Part shown: piece after piece, positions 12,160 to 22,375 of the stretch | Position numbering within the stretch: position 1 is the stretch's first letter | How the letters are laid out: every line of letters begins with the position of its first letter | Assembly (NCBI GenBank): GCA_018623495.1 | Contig: JAAZVP010000005.1 | Location: 1,218-65,217 of the forward strand | Direction: 5' to 3' | Length of the DNA stretch: 64,000 bases | DNA from: Halothiobacillus sp. | Lineage (GTDB): Bacteria > Pseudomonadota > Gammaproteobacteria > JAAZVP01 | The notes under the pieces: generated by a model | What the model saw: the letters and a program-made list of their open reading frames with translations, nothing else | What the model was told of the DNA's origin: nothing | Database searches by the model: none | Program-made: the position numbers and the translations under genes

Positions 12160-13921
12160 CACCGGCCAGGCGCAGCTGCTGGATGTCGTGCTTGAGGGTG
12201 GCCCGGCGGGCGGGGTCGCGGGTGACGCCCAGCAGGCGCTCGAGGATGCGGCGGGCGTCGGCCCGCAGGCCCGCCTCGCGCAGGGCCCCGGCGGCCTGGT
12301 AGAGGGCGGTCTGGGCCCAGGGGTCGAGGGTGTAGGGCCCGGGCAGCGTGGCCGAGCGCAGGAAATGCTCGGCGGCCGCGGCCGGCTGGCCGGTGCCCTG
12401 CAGGGACTCGGCGGTCCAGTAGAGCAGCTCGCGGTGCTGGCGCGGCTCGACGGGGCGCTCGAGCAGTGCACGGAAATGCGGCAGGGCCAGGTCGTGGCGG
12501 TCCACCTTCTGCAGGTCGAAACAGACCTGCAGCAGCCGATCCACCCGTTGCGGATCGAACGCTTCCATGCCGGCCAGCGTCTCGGCGAGCATGCGCGAAC
12601 CGGCCTCGAAGCGCCCGGCCAGGATGTGCACCCGGGCCCGTCGCAGCTGCCAGGCAAATGCGTGTTCCCGCTCGCCGGCCGGGGGCCGCGGCAGGCTTTC
12701 CATCAGCCGGGCCGCCCGCTCGATGGCCCCGATTTCCAGCGCCTGGTCCACCAGCCGGTAGCGCACCGGCCGCGGGATCGCACCGGCCTCGGGAAAGCGC
12801 TCGGCATCGGCGTAGAGCCCCGCCACCAGGGAGCCGCCCAGGTGTTTCACCAGCGACCTGGCCAGTGCCTCGTGGCCCTTTTCCCGGGCCCGGGCATCCT
12901 GGCCGTTGACCGCCAGGAAGGCATACAGGGACCGGGCCTCGATTCCCGCGGACTCCTCGCGGGCAAGCGCCTCGCTGAACCAGCGGTCGTCGTCGCCCAC
13001 CAGCAGGTTGATGCGGTTGCCCAGTGCCCGACCGGTGTCCAGGTAGGCCCGCCAGAGGCGCGGGGCATCACGCCCGGGACGCGGGCGCAGCCAGGCGTGT
13101 TCGGCCTCCAGGGCCAGCGCCCGTTCCAGGGCCCGGATCTCGCCGCGGGCCGAACCGGCCCGGGCATGGGCCTCGGCTGCCAGGCGCCACCACCCGAGGC
13201 GGCGCTCGGCGTCGAGATCATCCCTGGCAGCGCGACTGGCCGCCTGCTCGGCGATCGCGGCAGCCTCTGCCTCGCCCGCCGCCAGGCGCGCCCGGGCACG
13301 CATCAGGCCGACCCCCGGGCCGTCCATGTCGGCGAGTACAGACAGTGCCTGGGCCGGCCGGTCGGCCGCCAGCAGGACCCGGGCCTCGAGCTCGCGGTCC
13401 CCCTTTTCCAGGGCGCCATCCTGGCGCAGGCGGATGAGTGCGGCGTAGGCATCCCGTGGGCGATCGAGGGCGAGGTAGGCCCGGACCACCCAGCGGCGCC
13501 AGCGGTCCAGCCCGCCCTCGCCGCTCCAGATCCAGTCACGCAGGCGTGCCAGCGCGGCCTCCGGGCGATGCAGCCGCAGCAAGGCCCGCAGCTGCTGCTC
13601 GCGGAACCAGGGATCGGCGATCCCGGCGTTGTCCACCCATTCCACCAGCCCGGCCCAGTCGCCGTTCTTTGCCAGCAGCTCGACGCGCAGCCGCCGGAGG
13701 GCTTCCCGCGCCAGCGGGTCCGCGGCCGGGGGCAGGGCCTCCAGCCGGGCGAGGGCGAGCCCCGGCGCCCCGGCACGGGCAAGATCGCGCAGGGCCTCGG
13801 CGTCCTCGGCTGCGACCGGACCGGGCGCGACCGCCAGCATCGCCAGCACCAGCGCGGCCCGGACACGACGAAGGGCCCACCGCTTGCGCGGTGCGCCCTT
13901 CGCGACGGAGGCCCGGCGCAT
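12149..13921 (-). CDS. exported Ala/Arg/Leu-rich TPR-like repeat protein
   Basis: The signal peptide MRRASVAKGAPRKRWALRRVRAALVLAMLAVAPGPVAA is followed by ~560 aa of helical-repeat-like sequence. It overlaps ogt by 11 nt. The alternative start at 13957 is possible. Confidence 0.5.
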   Translation of the reverse strand: MRRASVAKGAPRKRWALRRVRAALVLAMLAVAPGPVAAEDAEALRDLARAGAPGLALARLEALPPAADPLAREALRRLRVELLAKNGDWAGLVEWVDNAGIADPWFREQQLRALLRLHRPEAALARLRDWIWSGEGGLDRWRRWVVRAYLALDRPRDAYAALIRLRQDGALEKGDRELEARVLLAADRPAQALSVLADMDGPGVGLMRARARLAAGEAEAAAIAEQAASRAARDDLDAERRLGWWRLAAEAHARAGSARGEIRALERALALEAEHAWLRPRPGRDAPRLWRAYLDTGRALGNRINLLVGDDDRWFSEALAREESAGIEARSLYAFLAVNGQDARAREKGHEALARSLVKHLGGSLVAGLYADAERFPEAGAIPRPVRYRLVDQALEIGAIERAARLMESLPRPPAGEREHAFAWQLRRARVHILAGRFEAGSRMLAETLAGMEAFDPQRVDRLLQVCFDLQKVDRHDLALPHFRALLERPVEPRQHRELLYWTAESLQGTGQPAAAAEHFLRSATLPGPYTLDPWAQTALYQAAGALREAGLRADARRILERLLGVTRDPARRATLKHDIQQLRLAGGDG

Positions 13922-14005
13922 GGGCGCCGTGCGGCGATCGCTGCCGACGCTTACCATGGGCCTGCCTCGAGCTGCCCGTCCACCGTCGGCCACGGGGCCG
14001 GCGGC

Positions 14006-14359
14006 TTACCGGTTGGCCAGCTTTTCCTTGATGCGCGCGCCCTTGCCGGTGCGGCTGCGCAGGTAGTAGAGCTTGGCGCGACGCACCTTGCCCCGGCGCT
14101 TGACCTTGATGTTGCCGATGTTCGGGCTGTTGAGCTGGAACACCCGCTCCACGCCCTCGCCGGAGGAGGTCTTGCGCACGGTGAAGGCGGAGTGCAGGCC
14201 GCGGTTGCGCTTGGCGATCACCACGCCCTCGAAGGGCTGCAGGCGCTCGCGGTTGCCCTCGCGCACCTTGACTTCCACCAGCACGGTGTCGCCCGGCGCG
14301 AATTCCGGCAGATCGCTGCGGATCTGTTCGGCTTCCAGTTGATCGATGATGTTGCTCAT
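14006..14359 (-). CDS. rplS: 50S ribosomal protein L19
   Basis: 117 aa starting [12 protein letters not shown], the classic L19 sequence. Confidence 0.95.
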   Translation of the reverse strand: MSNIIDQLEAEQIRSDLPEFAPGDTVLVEVKVREGNRERLQPFEGVVIAKRNRGLHSAFTVRKTSSGEGVERVFQLNSPNIGNIKVKRRGKVRRAKLYYLRSRTGKGARIKEKLANR

Positions 14360-14371
14360 TTCCGTTCCCCG

Positions 14372-15127
14372 TTAGCTCTCGCGTTTCTCTTGCGCCTGCC
14401 ACTCGTCCCGGAATTCCTCGAGCAGCCGGCGTTGGGTCTCGTTCAGCGTCTTGTGGGCCAGCAGATCGGGCCGCCGCAGCCAGGTCCGACCGAGTGCCTG
14501 TTTCTCCCGCCAGCGGGCGATGCGCTGGTGGTCGCCGGACAGCAGCACCTCCGGCACACGCTCGCCCTCGAACACCTCGGGCCGCGTGTAGTGGGGGCAG
14601 TCCAGGAGCCCGTCCATGAACGAGTCCTGGTCGGCGGAATCGGCATCCCCCAGCGCCCCCGGCAACAGGCGGGTGACCGCGTCCATGAGCACCATCGCCC
14701 CCAGCTCGCCGCCGGAGAGGACGTAGTCGCCGATGGAAACCTCGGCATCCACGTGGTGCTCGACGAGGCGCTCGTCCACCCCCTCGTAGCGACCGGCCAG
14801 CAGGATCAGGCCCGGCTGGCGGGCGAAGGCGCGGACCGCGTCCTGGTCCAGCCGCCGCCCCTGCGGGCTGAGGTAGACCACCTTCGCCCCCGGCGAGGCC
14901 GCCCGCGCCGCCTCGATGGCATCGCGCACGGGCTGGACCTTCATCAGCATGCCCGGGCCGCCGCCGTAGGGCCGGTCGTCCACCGTGCGATGGCGGTCGT
15001 GGGTGTAGTCGCGGGGGTTCCAGGCATGCAGCTCCAGGATCCCCGCGGCCACCGCTCGCCGCGGCACGCCGTGTTCCACCAGCGTCTCGACCAGTTCCGG
15101 GAAGAGCGTGACGACGTCGAAGCGCAC
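14372..15127 (-). CDS. trmD: tRNA (guanine37-N1)-methyltransferase
   Basis: A GTG start gives [14 protein letters not shown], the TrmD N-terminus. The track ORF runs further upstream in the same frame, across rimM, and was rejected. Conserved rpsP-rimM-trmD-rplS order. Confidence 0.9.
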   Translation of the reverse strand: MRFDVVTLFPELVETLVEHGVPRRAVAAGILELHAWNPRDYTHDRHRTVDDRPYGGGPGMLMKVQPVRDAIEAARAASPGAKVVYLSPQGRRLDQDAVRAFARQPGLILLAGRYEGVDERLVEHHVDAEVSIGDYVLSGGELGAMVLMDAVTRLLPGALGDADSADQDSFMDGLLDCPHYTRPEVFEGERVPEVLLSGDHQRIARWREKQALGRTWLRRPDLLAHKTLNETQRRLLEEFRDEWQAQEKRES

Positions 15128-15129
15128 GT

Positions 15130-15648
15130 TCAGAAATCCGGATCCCAGTCGACGGTGATCTGTCCCGCCGCGGCATCGACCTGGACCACCGCGTGCCCCA
15201 TGGTGAAGGGGATCAGGCGCTCCCGGTCGCCCTTCACCACCAGCACGTCGTTGGCGCCGGTCTCGATCAGGTGGTCCACCACCCCGAGGTCGATGCCCTC
15301 GGTGGTGGCCACCCGCAGGCCGATCATGTCCCGCCAGTAGAACTCGTCGTCCTCCAGCGGCGGCAGCTGCGACTCGCGTACCGCGATGCGGCTGCCGGTG
15401 AGCGCCTCGGCCTGCTCGCGGCCGTCGATGCCGGCCAGCTTGGCCACCACCGTGCGGCCCTGGGGCCGGCAGCCCTCGACCGCCATGGCCTGCCAGTCGC
15501 CCGGCCGCCCGAGCAGCCACTCGGCGTATTCGCCGATGGCCTCGCGCGGCCGCGTGTGGGAGAAGACCTTGACCCAGCCGCGGATCCCCGAGGCGCCGCT
15601 CACGCGACCCAGCTCGACGACCCCTTCACTGCCACGGTCCACGCCCAC
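15130..15648 (-). CDS. rimM: ribosome maturation factor RimM
   Basis: 172 aa with RimM PRC-barrel-like sequence, positioned between rpsP and trmD. Confidence 0.9.
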   Translation of the reverse strand: MGVDRGSEGVVELGRVSGASGIRGWVKVFSHTRPREAIGEYAEWLLGRPGDWQAMAVEGCRPQGRTVVAKLAGIDGREQAEALTGSRIAVRESQLPPLEDDEFYWRDMIGLRVATTEGIDLGVVDHLIETGANDVLVVKGDRERLIPFTMGHAVVQVDAAAGQITVDWDPDF

Positions 15649-15662
15649 TCGGTCGGAGTGCC

Positions 15663-15929
15663 TTACGCGGCGCTCCGCTTCTGCGCCCGGGCATTCTCCT
15701 TGAGGAGTGCCAGGACACGGTTGCTGGGCTTCGCACCCACCTCGATCCAGTGCTGGATGCGCTCCTCGTCGATCTTGAGACGCTGTTCGTTGCCCCGTGC
15801 TACCGGATTGTAGAAACCGACCCGCTCGCGGTGATTACCGGAATCGCGCGCCTTCCTACTATCGGTAACAACAAGGTGGTAGAACGGCCGCTTCTTGGCG
15901 CCGCCGCGTTGCAGACGAATCGTGAGCAT
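15663..15929 (-). CDS. rpsP: 30S ribosomal protein S16
   Basis: 88 aa starting [17 protein letters not shown]. Confidence 0.95.
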   Translation of the reverse strand: MLTIRLQRGGAKKRPFYHLVVTDSRKARDSGNHRERVGFYNPVARGNEQRLKIDEERIQHWIEVGAKPSNRVLALLKENARAQKRSAA

Positions 15930-16065
15930 ATTGGCTACCTTGTCGTTTATACCCTAGCAGTTTCAATCACTTGGACTTCGACCTACCCGGCCGGGCCCGA
16001 ACGCCCGGGAACCGGTTAAGCCGGGCATTCTACCGGATCGGCGAGAAAAGGAAAGCCCGCCGGCC

Positions 16066-17433
16066 TCAGAAGGGCATCCCGCCGCCGCCACCGGGCAGCT
16101 TGCCGCCCATGCCGCGCATCATCTTGGTCATGTTGCCGCCCTTGAGCTTCTTCATCATCTTGCGCATCTGGGTGTACTGCTTGAGCAGGCGGTTGACGTC
16201 CTGCACCTGGACACCGGCGCCGGTGGCGATGCGCCGCTTGCGCGAACCCTTGATCAGGTCGGGATGGCGGCGTTCCTGGGGGGTCATGCCGTTGACGATG
16301 GCGATCATCTGGCGCACCTGGCTGTCGCCGGCCTGGTCGTCCAGGCCCTTGGGCATCTTGCCCATGCCCGGCAGCTTGTCCATCAGCCCGGCCATGCCGC
16401 CCATCTTCTGCATCTGCTCGAGCTGGTCGCGCAGGTCGGCGAGGTCGAAGCCCTTGCCCTTCTTGACCTTGCGCACCAGCTTCTCGGCCTTTTCCTTGTC
16501 GACCGTGCGCTCGGCCTCCTCCACCAGGCTGACCACGTCGCCCATGCCCAGGATGCGGTTGGCCACGCGGTCGGGATGGAAGGGTTCGAGGGCCTTGAGC
16601 TTCTCGCCGCTGCCGAGGAACTTGATCGGCTTGCCGGTGATCGCGCGCACCGACAGCGCCGCCCCGCCGCGGGCGTCACCGTCGGTCTTGGTGAGCACCA
16701 CGCCGGTGAGCGGCAGCGCGTCGTTGAAGGCCTTGGCGGTGTTGGCGGCGTCCTGGCCGGTCATGGAGTCGACCACGAACAGGGTCTCCACCGGCTCCAC
16801 CGCCGCCTGCAGGCGGGCCACCTCGTCCATCATCGCCTCGTCCACGTGCAGGCGACCGGCGGTATCCACGATGACCACGTCGATGAACCGCTTGCGCGCC
16901 TCCTCCAGCGCACCCTCGGCGATGGCCACCGGGTCCTGGTCGGCGGAGCTGGGGTGGAAGGCCACCTCCACCTCGCCGGCGAGGCGCTCGAGCTGGTCGA
17001 TGGCGGCCGGGCGGTAGACGTCGGTGCTCACCAGCATCACCGACTTCTTCTGCTCCTCGCGGAGCCACCGGGCCAGCTTGCCGGCGCTGGTGGTCTTGCC
17101 CGCGCCCTGCAGGCCGGCCAGCATCACCACCGCCGGCGGCTGGGCGGCCAGGTCCAGGGCGGCGTTGGACTCGCCCATGGTGGCCACCAGCTCGTCGTTG
17201 ACGATCTTGACGAAGACCTGGCCCGGGGTGACGCTCCGGGTCACCTCCTGGCCCACGGCGCGCTCGCGCACCCGGCCGATGAAGTCGCGGACCACCGGCA
17301 GGGCCACGTCGGCCTCCAGCAGGGCCATGCGGACCTCGCGCAGGGTGGACTTGATGTTGTCCTCGGTCAGCCGGCCCTGGCCTCGCAGGCCCTTGAAGGT
17401 GGCCGTGAGACGATCGGTGAGATTCTCGAACAT
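16066..17433 (-). CDS. ffh: signal recognition particle protein Ffh
   Basis: The start MFENLTDRL is the canonical Ffh N-terminus. GTPase G-boxes are present, and the C-terminal M-domain is Met-rich. The track's N-terminal extension was rejected. Confidence 0.9.
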   Translation of the reverse strand: MFENLTDRLTATFKGLRGQGRLTEDNIKSTLREVRMALLEADVALPVVRDFIGRVRERAVGQEVTRSVTPGQVFVKIVNDELVATMGESNAALDLAAQPPAVVMLAGLQGAGKTTSAGKLARWLREEQKKSVMLVSTDVYRPAAIDQLERLAGEVEVAFHPSSADQDPVAIAEGALEEARKRFIDVVIVDTAGRLHVDEAMMDEVARLQAAVEPVETLFVVDSMTGQDAANTAKAFNDALPLTGVVLTKTDGDARGGAALSVRAITGKPIKFLGSGEKLKALEPFHPDRVANRILGMGDVVSLVEEAERTVDKEKAEKLVRKVKKGKGFDLADLRDQLEQMQKMGGMAGLMDKLPGMGKMPKGLDDQAGDSQVRQMIAIVNGMTPQERRHPDLIKGSRKRRIATGAGVQVQDVNRLLKQYTQMRKMMKKLKGGNMTKMMRGMGGKLPGGGGGMPF

Positions 17434-17617
17434 CGCTTGCGCCTGGAAATCGGGTCTGGAAAAACCGCCATTATAGAGGGCAAGCGGTCCAAACCCATAG
17501 CGCCACGGTTGCGCGGCCACTCGTGGCGTGGCTAACATGCCTCGAGCCTCAACTGATTCCCGGCCTCCGGCCGACTACGGACGGACCCGGCGCCACCGCG
17601 GACAGCGCAAACAGCCC

Positions 17618-18430
17618 ATGAACACCCTATTCGGCAGCCTGGCGATCCTTCTCTATGGCGCGAGTGCCCTGTGGCTCGCCCGGGGCGTATTCCTCGGCCG
17701 CCCCCGCCACGACGCGCCGCCGCTGCTGCCCGGCTTCGCCGCCGTGGCCCTGCACGCGGCCTACCTCAAGGGCAGCATCTGCTGCGGGACCGACGGGCTG
17801 GATCTCAACCTGCTCAACGCGCTGTCGCTGGTGGCCTGGCTGACCGCGTTGCTGCTGCTGGTGAGCTCGCTGCGCCGACCGCTGCACAACCTGGTGATGG
17901 TGATGCTGCCGATCACCGCGGCCACCGTGCTGCTGGAGCTGGTCTTCGGCCGGGGTCCGAGCATCGAGGTGAGCGGCGGCCCCGAGCTCAAGATCCACAT
18001 CCTCGTCTCGATCCTGGCCTATGCCTTGCTGACCCTGGCGGCCCTGCAGGCCGCGGTCCTGGCCGTGCAGCACAACTCGCTGCGCAGCGGGCATCCCGGG
18101 GGCCGGTTCGTGCGCGCCCTGCCGCCCCTGCAGGCCATGGAAAGCCTGCTCTTCCAGCTGATCGGCCTGGGCTTCGTGGTGCTCACGGGCAGCCTGGTGA
18201 CGGGCTTTGTCTACCTCGAGGACATGTTCGCCCAGCACGTGGCCCACAAGACCGTCCTGTCGGTGGTGGGGTGGGTGGTCTATGCCATCCTGCTGCTCGG
18301 CCGGCTGCGGTTCGGCTGGCGGGGTCGCACCGCGATCCGCTGGACGCTGGGCGGCTTCGCCATCCTGCTGGTCGCCTACTTCGGCACCAAGCTGGTGCTG
18401 GAGTGGATCCTGGGCGTGGCCACGACCTGA
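17618..18430 (+). CDS. YpjD/CcsA-like cytochrome c assembly-family inner membrane protein
   Basis: Multi-TM protein transcribed divergently from ffh, as E. coli ypjD is. The start MNTLFGSLAILLY was chosen over the track's extension. Confidence 0.7.
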   Translation: MNTLFGSLAILLYGASALWLARGVFLGRPRHDAPPLLPGFAAVALHAAYLKGSICCGTDGLDLNLLNALSLVAWLTALLLLVSSLRRPLHNLVMVMLPITAATVLLELVFGRGPSIEVSGGPELKIHILVSILAYALLTLAALQAAVLAVQHNSLRSGHPGGRFVRALPPLQAMESLLFQLIGLGFVVLTGSLVTGFVYLEDMFAQHVAHKTVLSVVGWVVYAILLLGRLRFGWRGRTAIRWTLGGFAILLVAYFGTKLVLEWILGVATT

Positions 18431-18510
18431 GACCCGCCGCGGGGAACCTTGACAGCGCCGCACCCCGGCCGCTGAAATAGCTCCTCTTCCCATACCAAGG
18501 CTTTTCCCTG

Positions 18511-19821
18511 TTGAGCGACATACCCATCGCCTTCCTGTTTGGGCTGCTCGTTCTGCTGATCATCCTCTCGGGGCTGTTCTCGGGTTCGGAAACGGGCCTG
18601 ATGACCATCAACCGCTACCGCCTCCGGCACCAGGCCAAGGCCGGTCATCCGGGCGCCCGGCGGGCGCAGCGGCTGCTGGAACGCCCCGACCGCCTGATCG
18701 GCCTGATCCTGCTGGGCAACAACTTCGTCAACATCCTGGCCTCCTCGCTGGCCACGGTGATCGCCCTGCGCCTGATCGGCGAGGCGGGTATCGCCGTGGC
18801 CGCCGGCCTGCTCACGCTGGTAATCCTGATCTTCTCCGAGGTGGCGCCCAAGACCCTGGCCGCCATCCATCCCGAGCGCATCGCCTTTCCCGCGGCCTAC
18901 GTCTACGTGCCCATGCTGCGGGTGCTGAGCCCGCTGGTGGCGGTGGTCAACTTCCTCGCCAACGGGGTGCTCAAGCTGCTGCGCGTCTCCCCCGAGCAGG
19001 CCCAGGAACACTCGCTCTCGCGCGAGGAGCTGCGCACGGTGGTCAACGAGGCCGGCTCGATGATCCCGGAAAAGCACCAGCGCATGCTGCTCTCCATCCT
19101 CGACCTCGAGCGGGTGACGGTGGACGACATCATGGTGCCGCGCAACGAGATCGTCGGCATCGACCTCGACGACGACTGGGAGACCATCGTCGCCCAGATC
19201 ACCAACAGCCCCTACAGCCGCCTGCCGGTCTTCCACGAGAGCATCGACAACATGGTGGGCTACGTGCGCCTGCGCCACGTGCTCCGGCCGCTGCGCGAGG
19301 GGCGATTCGACCTCAAGAAGCTCAAGTCGGTGATGCGCGACCCCTACTTCGTCCCCGAGGGCACCTCGCTGCATACCCAGCTGCTCAACTTCCAGCGCAG
19401 CCGCCGGCGGCTGGGCCTGGTGGTGGACGAGTACGGCGACATCCAGGGCCTGGTGACGCTCGAGGACATCCTCGAGGAGATCGTCGGCGAGTTCACCACC
19501 GCTCCCTCGCAGGAACACCCCGACATCGTCCGCGAGTCCGAGGACAACTACCTGGTGGAAGGCAGCGCCACCATCCGCGACATCAACCGGGCACTGGGCA
19601 TCCACCTGCCCCTGAACGGCCCCAAGACCCTCAACGGCCTGATCACCGAGGAGCTCGAGACCATCCCCGAGATCGGCACCCGGCTGGGCGTCCAGGGACA
19701 CGGCATCGAGGTAGTGAAGATGAAGCGCAAGATGGTCAAGACCGCGCGCATCCGCCTGCGCCGCGACCACCGCCGGGGCCAGGCCCCCGCCACGCCGACC
19801 GAGACCGGCGAGCAAGCCTGA
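18511..19821 (+). CDS. corB: CNNM/CorB-family Mg2+/Co2+ transporter (DUF21-CBS-CorC)
   Basis: 436 aa with an N-terminal DUF21 membrane domain, a CBS pair and a C-terminal CorC domain. Matches the E. coli ffh-ypjD-yfjD neighbourhood. Confidence 0.85.
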   Translation: MSDIPIAFLFGLLVLLIILSGLFSGSETGLMTINRYRLRHQAKAGHPGARRAQRLLERPDRLIGLILLGNNFVNILASSLATVIALRLIGEAGIAVAAGLLTLVILIFSEVAPKTLAAIHPERIAFPAAYVYVPMLRVLSPLVAVVNFLANGVLKLLRVSPEQAQEHSLSREELRTVVNEAGSMIPEKHQRMLLSILDLERVTVDDIMVPRNEIVGIDLDDDWETIVAQITNSPYSRLPVFHESIDNMVGYVRLRHVLRPLREGRFDLKKLKSVMRDPYFVPEGTSLHTQLLNFQRSRRRLGLVVDEYGDIQGLVTLEDILEEIVGEFTTAPSQEHPDIVRESEDNYLVEGSATIRDINRALGIHLPLNGPKTLNGLITEELETIPEIGTRLGVQGHGIEVVKMKRKMVKTARIRLRRDHRRGQAPATPTETGEQA

Positions 19822-19824
19822 GCC

Positions 19825-21183
19825 GTGGCCCGCGCGAAGACCCGTTTCGTCTGCAGCGCCTGTGGCGCCGTGTCTCCCAAGTGGACCGGCCAGTGTCCCG
19901 ACTGCGGCGAGTGGAACACCCTCACCGAGGAACGCACTGCACCGGCCTCCACCGCCGGCCGCCGGGCGGGCTTCTCGGGTGACCTGTCGGGCAACGTCCG
20001 GCGACTGGGCGAGATCGAGATCGCCGACACCCCGCGCATCGGCTCGGGGATGCGGGAGCTCGATCGCGTGCTGGGCGGCGGGCTGGTGCCGGGCTCGGTG
20101 ATCCTGGTGGGGGGGCATCCCGGTGCGGGCAAGTCCACCCTGCTGCTGCAGACCCACGCCCACCTGGCCGGCACGCTCCCGGCCCTCTACGTCACCGGCG
20201 AGGAATCCCTGCAGCAGGTGGCCCGCCGCGCCGAGCGCCTGGGCATCGCCAACGACGACCTGCGCCTGCTCTCCGAGACCCGGGTGGAGGCGATCGTCGA
20301 GACCGCCCGCCGCGAGCGCCCCCGGGCACTGGTCGTGGACTCCATCCAGGTGATGCACCTGGCCGACGTGCAATCGGCGCCCGGCGGCGTGGCCCAGGTG
20401 CGCGAGAGCGCGGCGGTGCTCACCCAGTTCGCCAAGCAGACCGACACGGTGCTCTTCCTGGTGGGCCACGTCACCAAGGAGGGCCACCTCGCCGGACCCA
20501 AGGTCCTCGAGCACATGATCGACTGCTCGCTGCTGCTCGAGGGCGACGCCGACAGCCGCTTTCGCACCCTGCGCAGCCACAAGAACCGCTTCGGCGCGGT
20601 CAACGAGCTGGGCGTGTTCGGCATGACCGAGCGCGGCCTGCGCGAGGTCAAGAACCCCTCGGCGATCTTTCTCACCCGCGAGGGCCAGCCGGCCCCCGGC
20701 AGCCTGGTGACCGTGGCCTGGGAGGGCACCCGCCCGCTGCTGGTGGAGCTCCAGGCCCTGGTGGACCCCACCACCCTGGGCACCCCGCGGCGCGTCACCG
20801 TGGGGCTCGACACCAACCGCCTGGCGATGCTGCTGGCCGTGCTGCACCGCCACGGCGGGCTCACCGTGGGCGACTACGACGTCTTCGCCAACGTGGTGGG
20901 GGGGGTACGCATCAACGAGACCAGCGCCGACCTCGCCCTGTTGCTGTCGGTGGTATCCTCTCTGCGCGACCAGGTCCTGCCCCAGGAGCTGGTGGTCTTC
21001 GGCGAGGTGGGCCTGGCCGGCGAGATCCGGCCCGTTCCCAGCGGCCAGGAGCGCCTCCACGAGGCCGCCAAGCACGGCTTCACCCGCGCCATCGTGCCCC
21101 GGGCCAACCAGCCCCGGCGGCCCATCGAGGGGCTGCAGGTGGACGGCGTGCAGACCCTCGCCGAGGCCCTGGACATACTCTGA
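19825..21183 (+). CDS. radA: DNA repair protein RadA/Sms
   Basis: N-terminal zinc finger CSACGAVSPKWTGQCPDCGEWNT, a Walker A box GHPGAGKST and a C-terminal Lon-like domain. Confidence 0.95.
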   Translation: MARAKTRFVCSACGAVSPKWTGQCPDCGEWNTLTEERTAPASTAGRRAGFSGDLSGNVRRLGEIEIADTPRIGSGMRELDRVLGGGLVPGSVILVGGHPGAGKSTLLLQTHAHLAGTLPALYVTGEESLQQVARRAERLGIANDDLRLLSETRVEAIVETARRERPRALVVDSIQVMHLADVQSAPGGVAQVRESAAVLTQFAKQTDTVLFLVGHVTKEGHLAGPKVLEHMIDCSLLLEGDADSRFRTLRSHKNRFGAVNELGVFGMTERGLREVKNPSAIFLTREGQPAPGSLVTVAWEGTRPLLVELQALVDPTTLGTPRRVTVGLDTNRLAMLLAVLHRHGGLTVGDYDVFANVVGGVRINETSADLALLLSVVSSLRDQVLPQELVVFGEVGLAGEIRPVPSGQERLHEAAKHGFTRAIVPRANQPRRPIEGLQVDGVQTLAEALDIL

Positions 21184-21195
21184 GCGGATACCCCC

Positions 21196-21450
21196 ATGAG
21201 CGAATCGCACGAGACCGACACCGAAGACAACCGCGTGGCCCGCTTCGAGGCCGCGCTCGAGGAGCTGGAAGGCATCGTCGAGCGCATGGAGGACGGCGAC
21301 CAGAACCTCGAACGCTCGCTGGCCGACTTCGAGCGCGGCGTGCGCCTGGCCCGCCAGTGCCAGAAGGCCCTCGACGAGGCCGAGCACAAGGTGGAGATAC
21401 TCCTGGGCGAGGACGAGAATGAGCGACCGGAGCCCTACCCCGAACAGTGA
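21196..21450 (+). CDS. xseB: exodeoxyribonuclease VII small subunit
   Basis: 84-aa acidic helical protein in the conserved xseB-ispA-dxs arrangement. Confidence 0.9.
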   Translation: MSESHETDTEDNRVARFEAALEELEGIVERMEDGDQNLERSLADFERGVRLARQCQKALDEAEHKVEILLGEDENERPEPYPEQ

Positions 21451-22339
21451 CCAGCGGCTCGAGGCGGCCCTGGCGGCCAGCCGCGAGCGGATCGAGCAGG
21501 CCCTGGCGGGCTGGCTGCCCGCGCACGGCGACGCCACGCGCCTGGAGCAGGCCATGCGCTACGCGGTCACCGGCGGCGGCAAGCGCATCCGCCCGCACCT
21601 GGTCTATGCCGCCGGGGCCGCCCTGGGGCTGGACGCCGGGCGGCTAGACGGGCCCGCCTGCGCGGTGGAGATGATCCATGCCTACTCGCTGGTCCACGAC
21701 GACCTGCCGGCGATGGACGACGACGACCTGCGCCGCGGGCGTCCCACCTGCCACCGGGCCTTCGACGAGGCCACCGCCATCCTCGCCGGCGACGCCCTCC
21801 AGACCCTGGCCTTCCAGCTGATCGCCGAGGACCCGGCCATGGGCGTGGGCAGCGACCGGCGGCTGGCGGTGATCGCCCTGCTGGCGCGGGCCTCGGGCGT
21901 GGGCGGCATGGCCGGCGGCCAGGCCATGGACCTGGCCGCCACCGGCCAGCAGGTGGACCTGGGTCTGCTCGAACGCATCCACCGACACAAGACCGGTGCG
22001 CTGATCGAGGCCTGCGTGCAACTGCCCGCCCTGCTGGCGGAACACGCCGAGAGCGGGACGGTGGCCGCCCTGGCCGACTACGGCCGCCACCTCGGGCTCG
22101 CCTTCCAGATCCAGGACGACATCCTCGACGAGATCGGCGAGACCGACACCCTGGGCAAGTCCAGCGGCGCCGACCGCGACCGCCAACAGCCCACCTACGT
22201 CAGCCTGCTGGGCCTCGACGAGGCCCGCCGCCGGGCCCGGCGCGAGGCCGATACCGCGGGCGCGGCACTCGAGCCACTGGGCGCGCGTGGCGCCCAACTG
22301 GTGGCCCTGGCCGATTACGTGGTCCGCCGACAACGATGA
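21419..22339 (+). CDS. ispA: (2E,6E)-farnesyl diphosphate synthase
   Basis: Both aspartate-rich motifs are present (LVHDDLPAMDDDDLRRG and FQIQDDILD). Confidence 0.9.
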   Translation: MSDRSPTPNSDQRLEAALAASRERIEQALAGWLPAHGDATRLEQAMRYAVTGGGKRIRPHLVYAAGAALGLDAGRLDGPACAVEMIHAYSLVHDDLPAMDDDDLRRGRPTCHRAFDEATAILAGDALQTLAFQLIAEDPAMGVGSDRRLAVIALLARASGVGGMAGGQAMDLAATGQQVDLGLLERIHRHKTGALIEACVQLPALLAEHAESGTVAALADYGRHLGLAFQIQDDILDEIGETDTLGKSSGADRDRQQPTYVSLLGLDEARRRARREADTAGAALEPLGARGAQLVALADYVVRRQR

Positions 22340-22375
22340 CCCATCCCCTCCGTACAACCCCGGAAGCCCGCTGAC

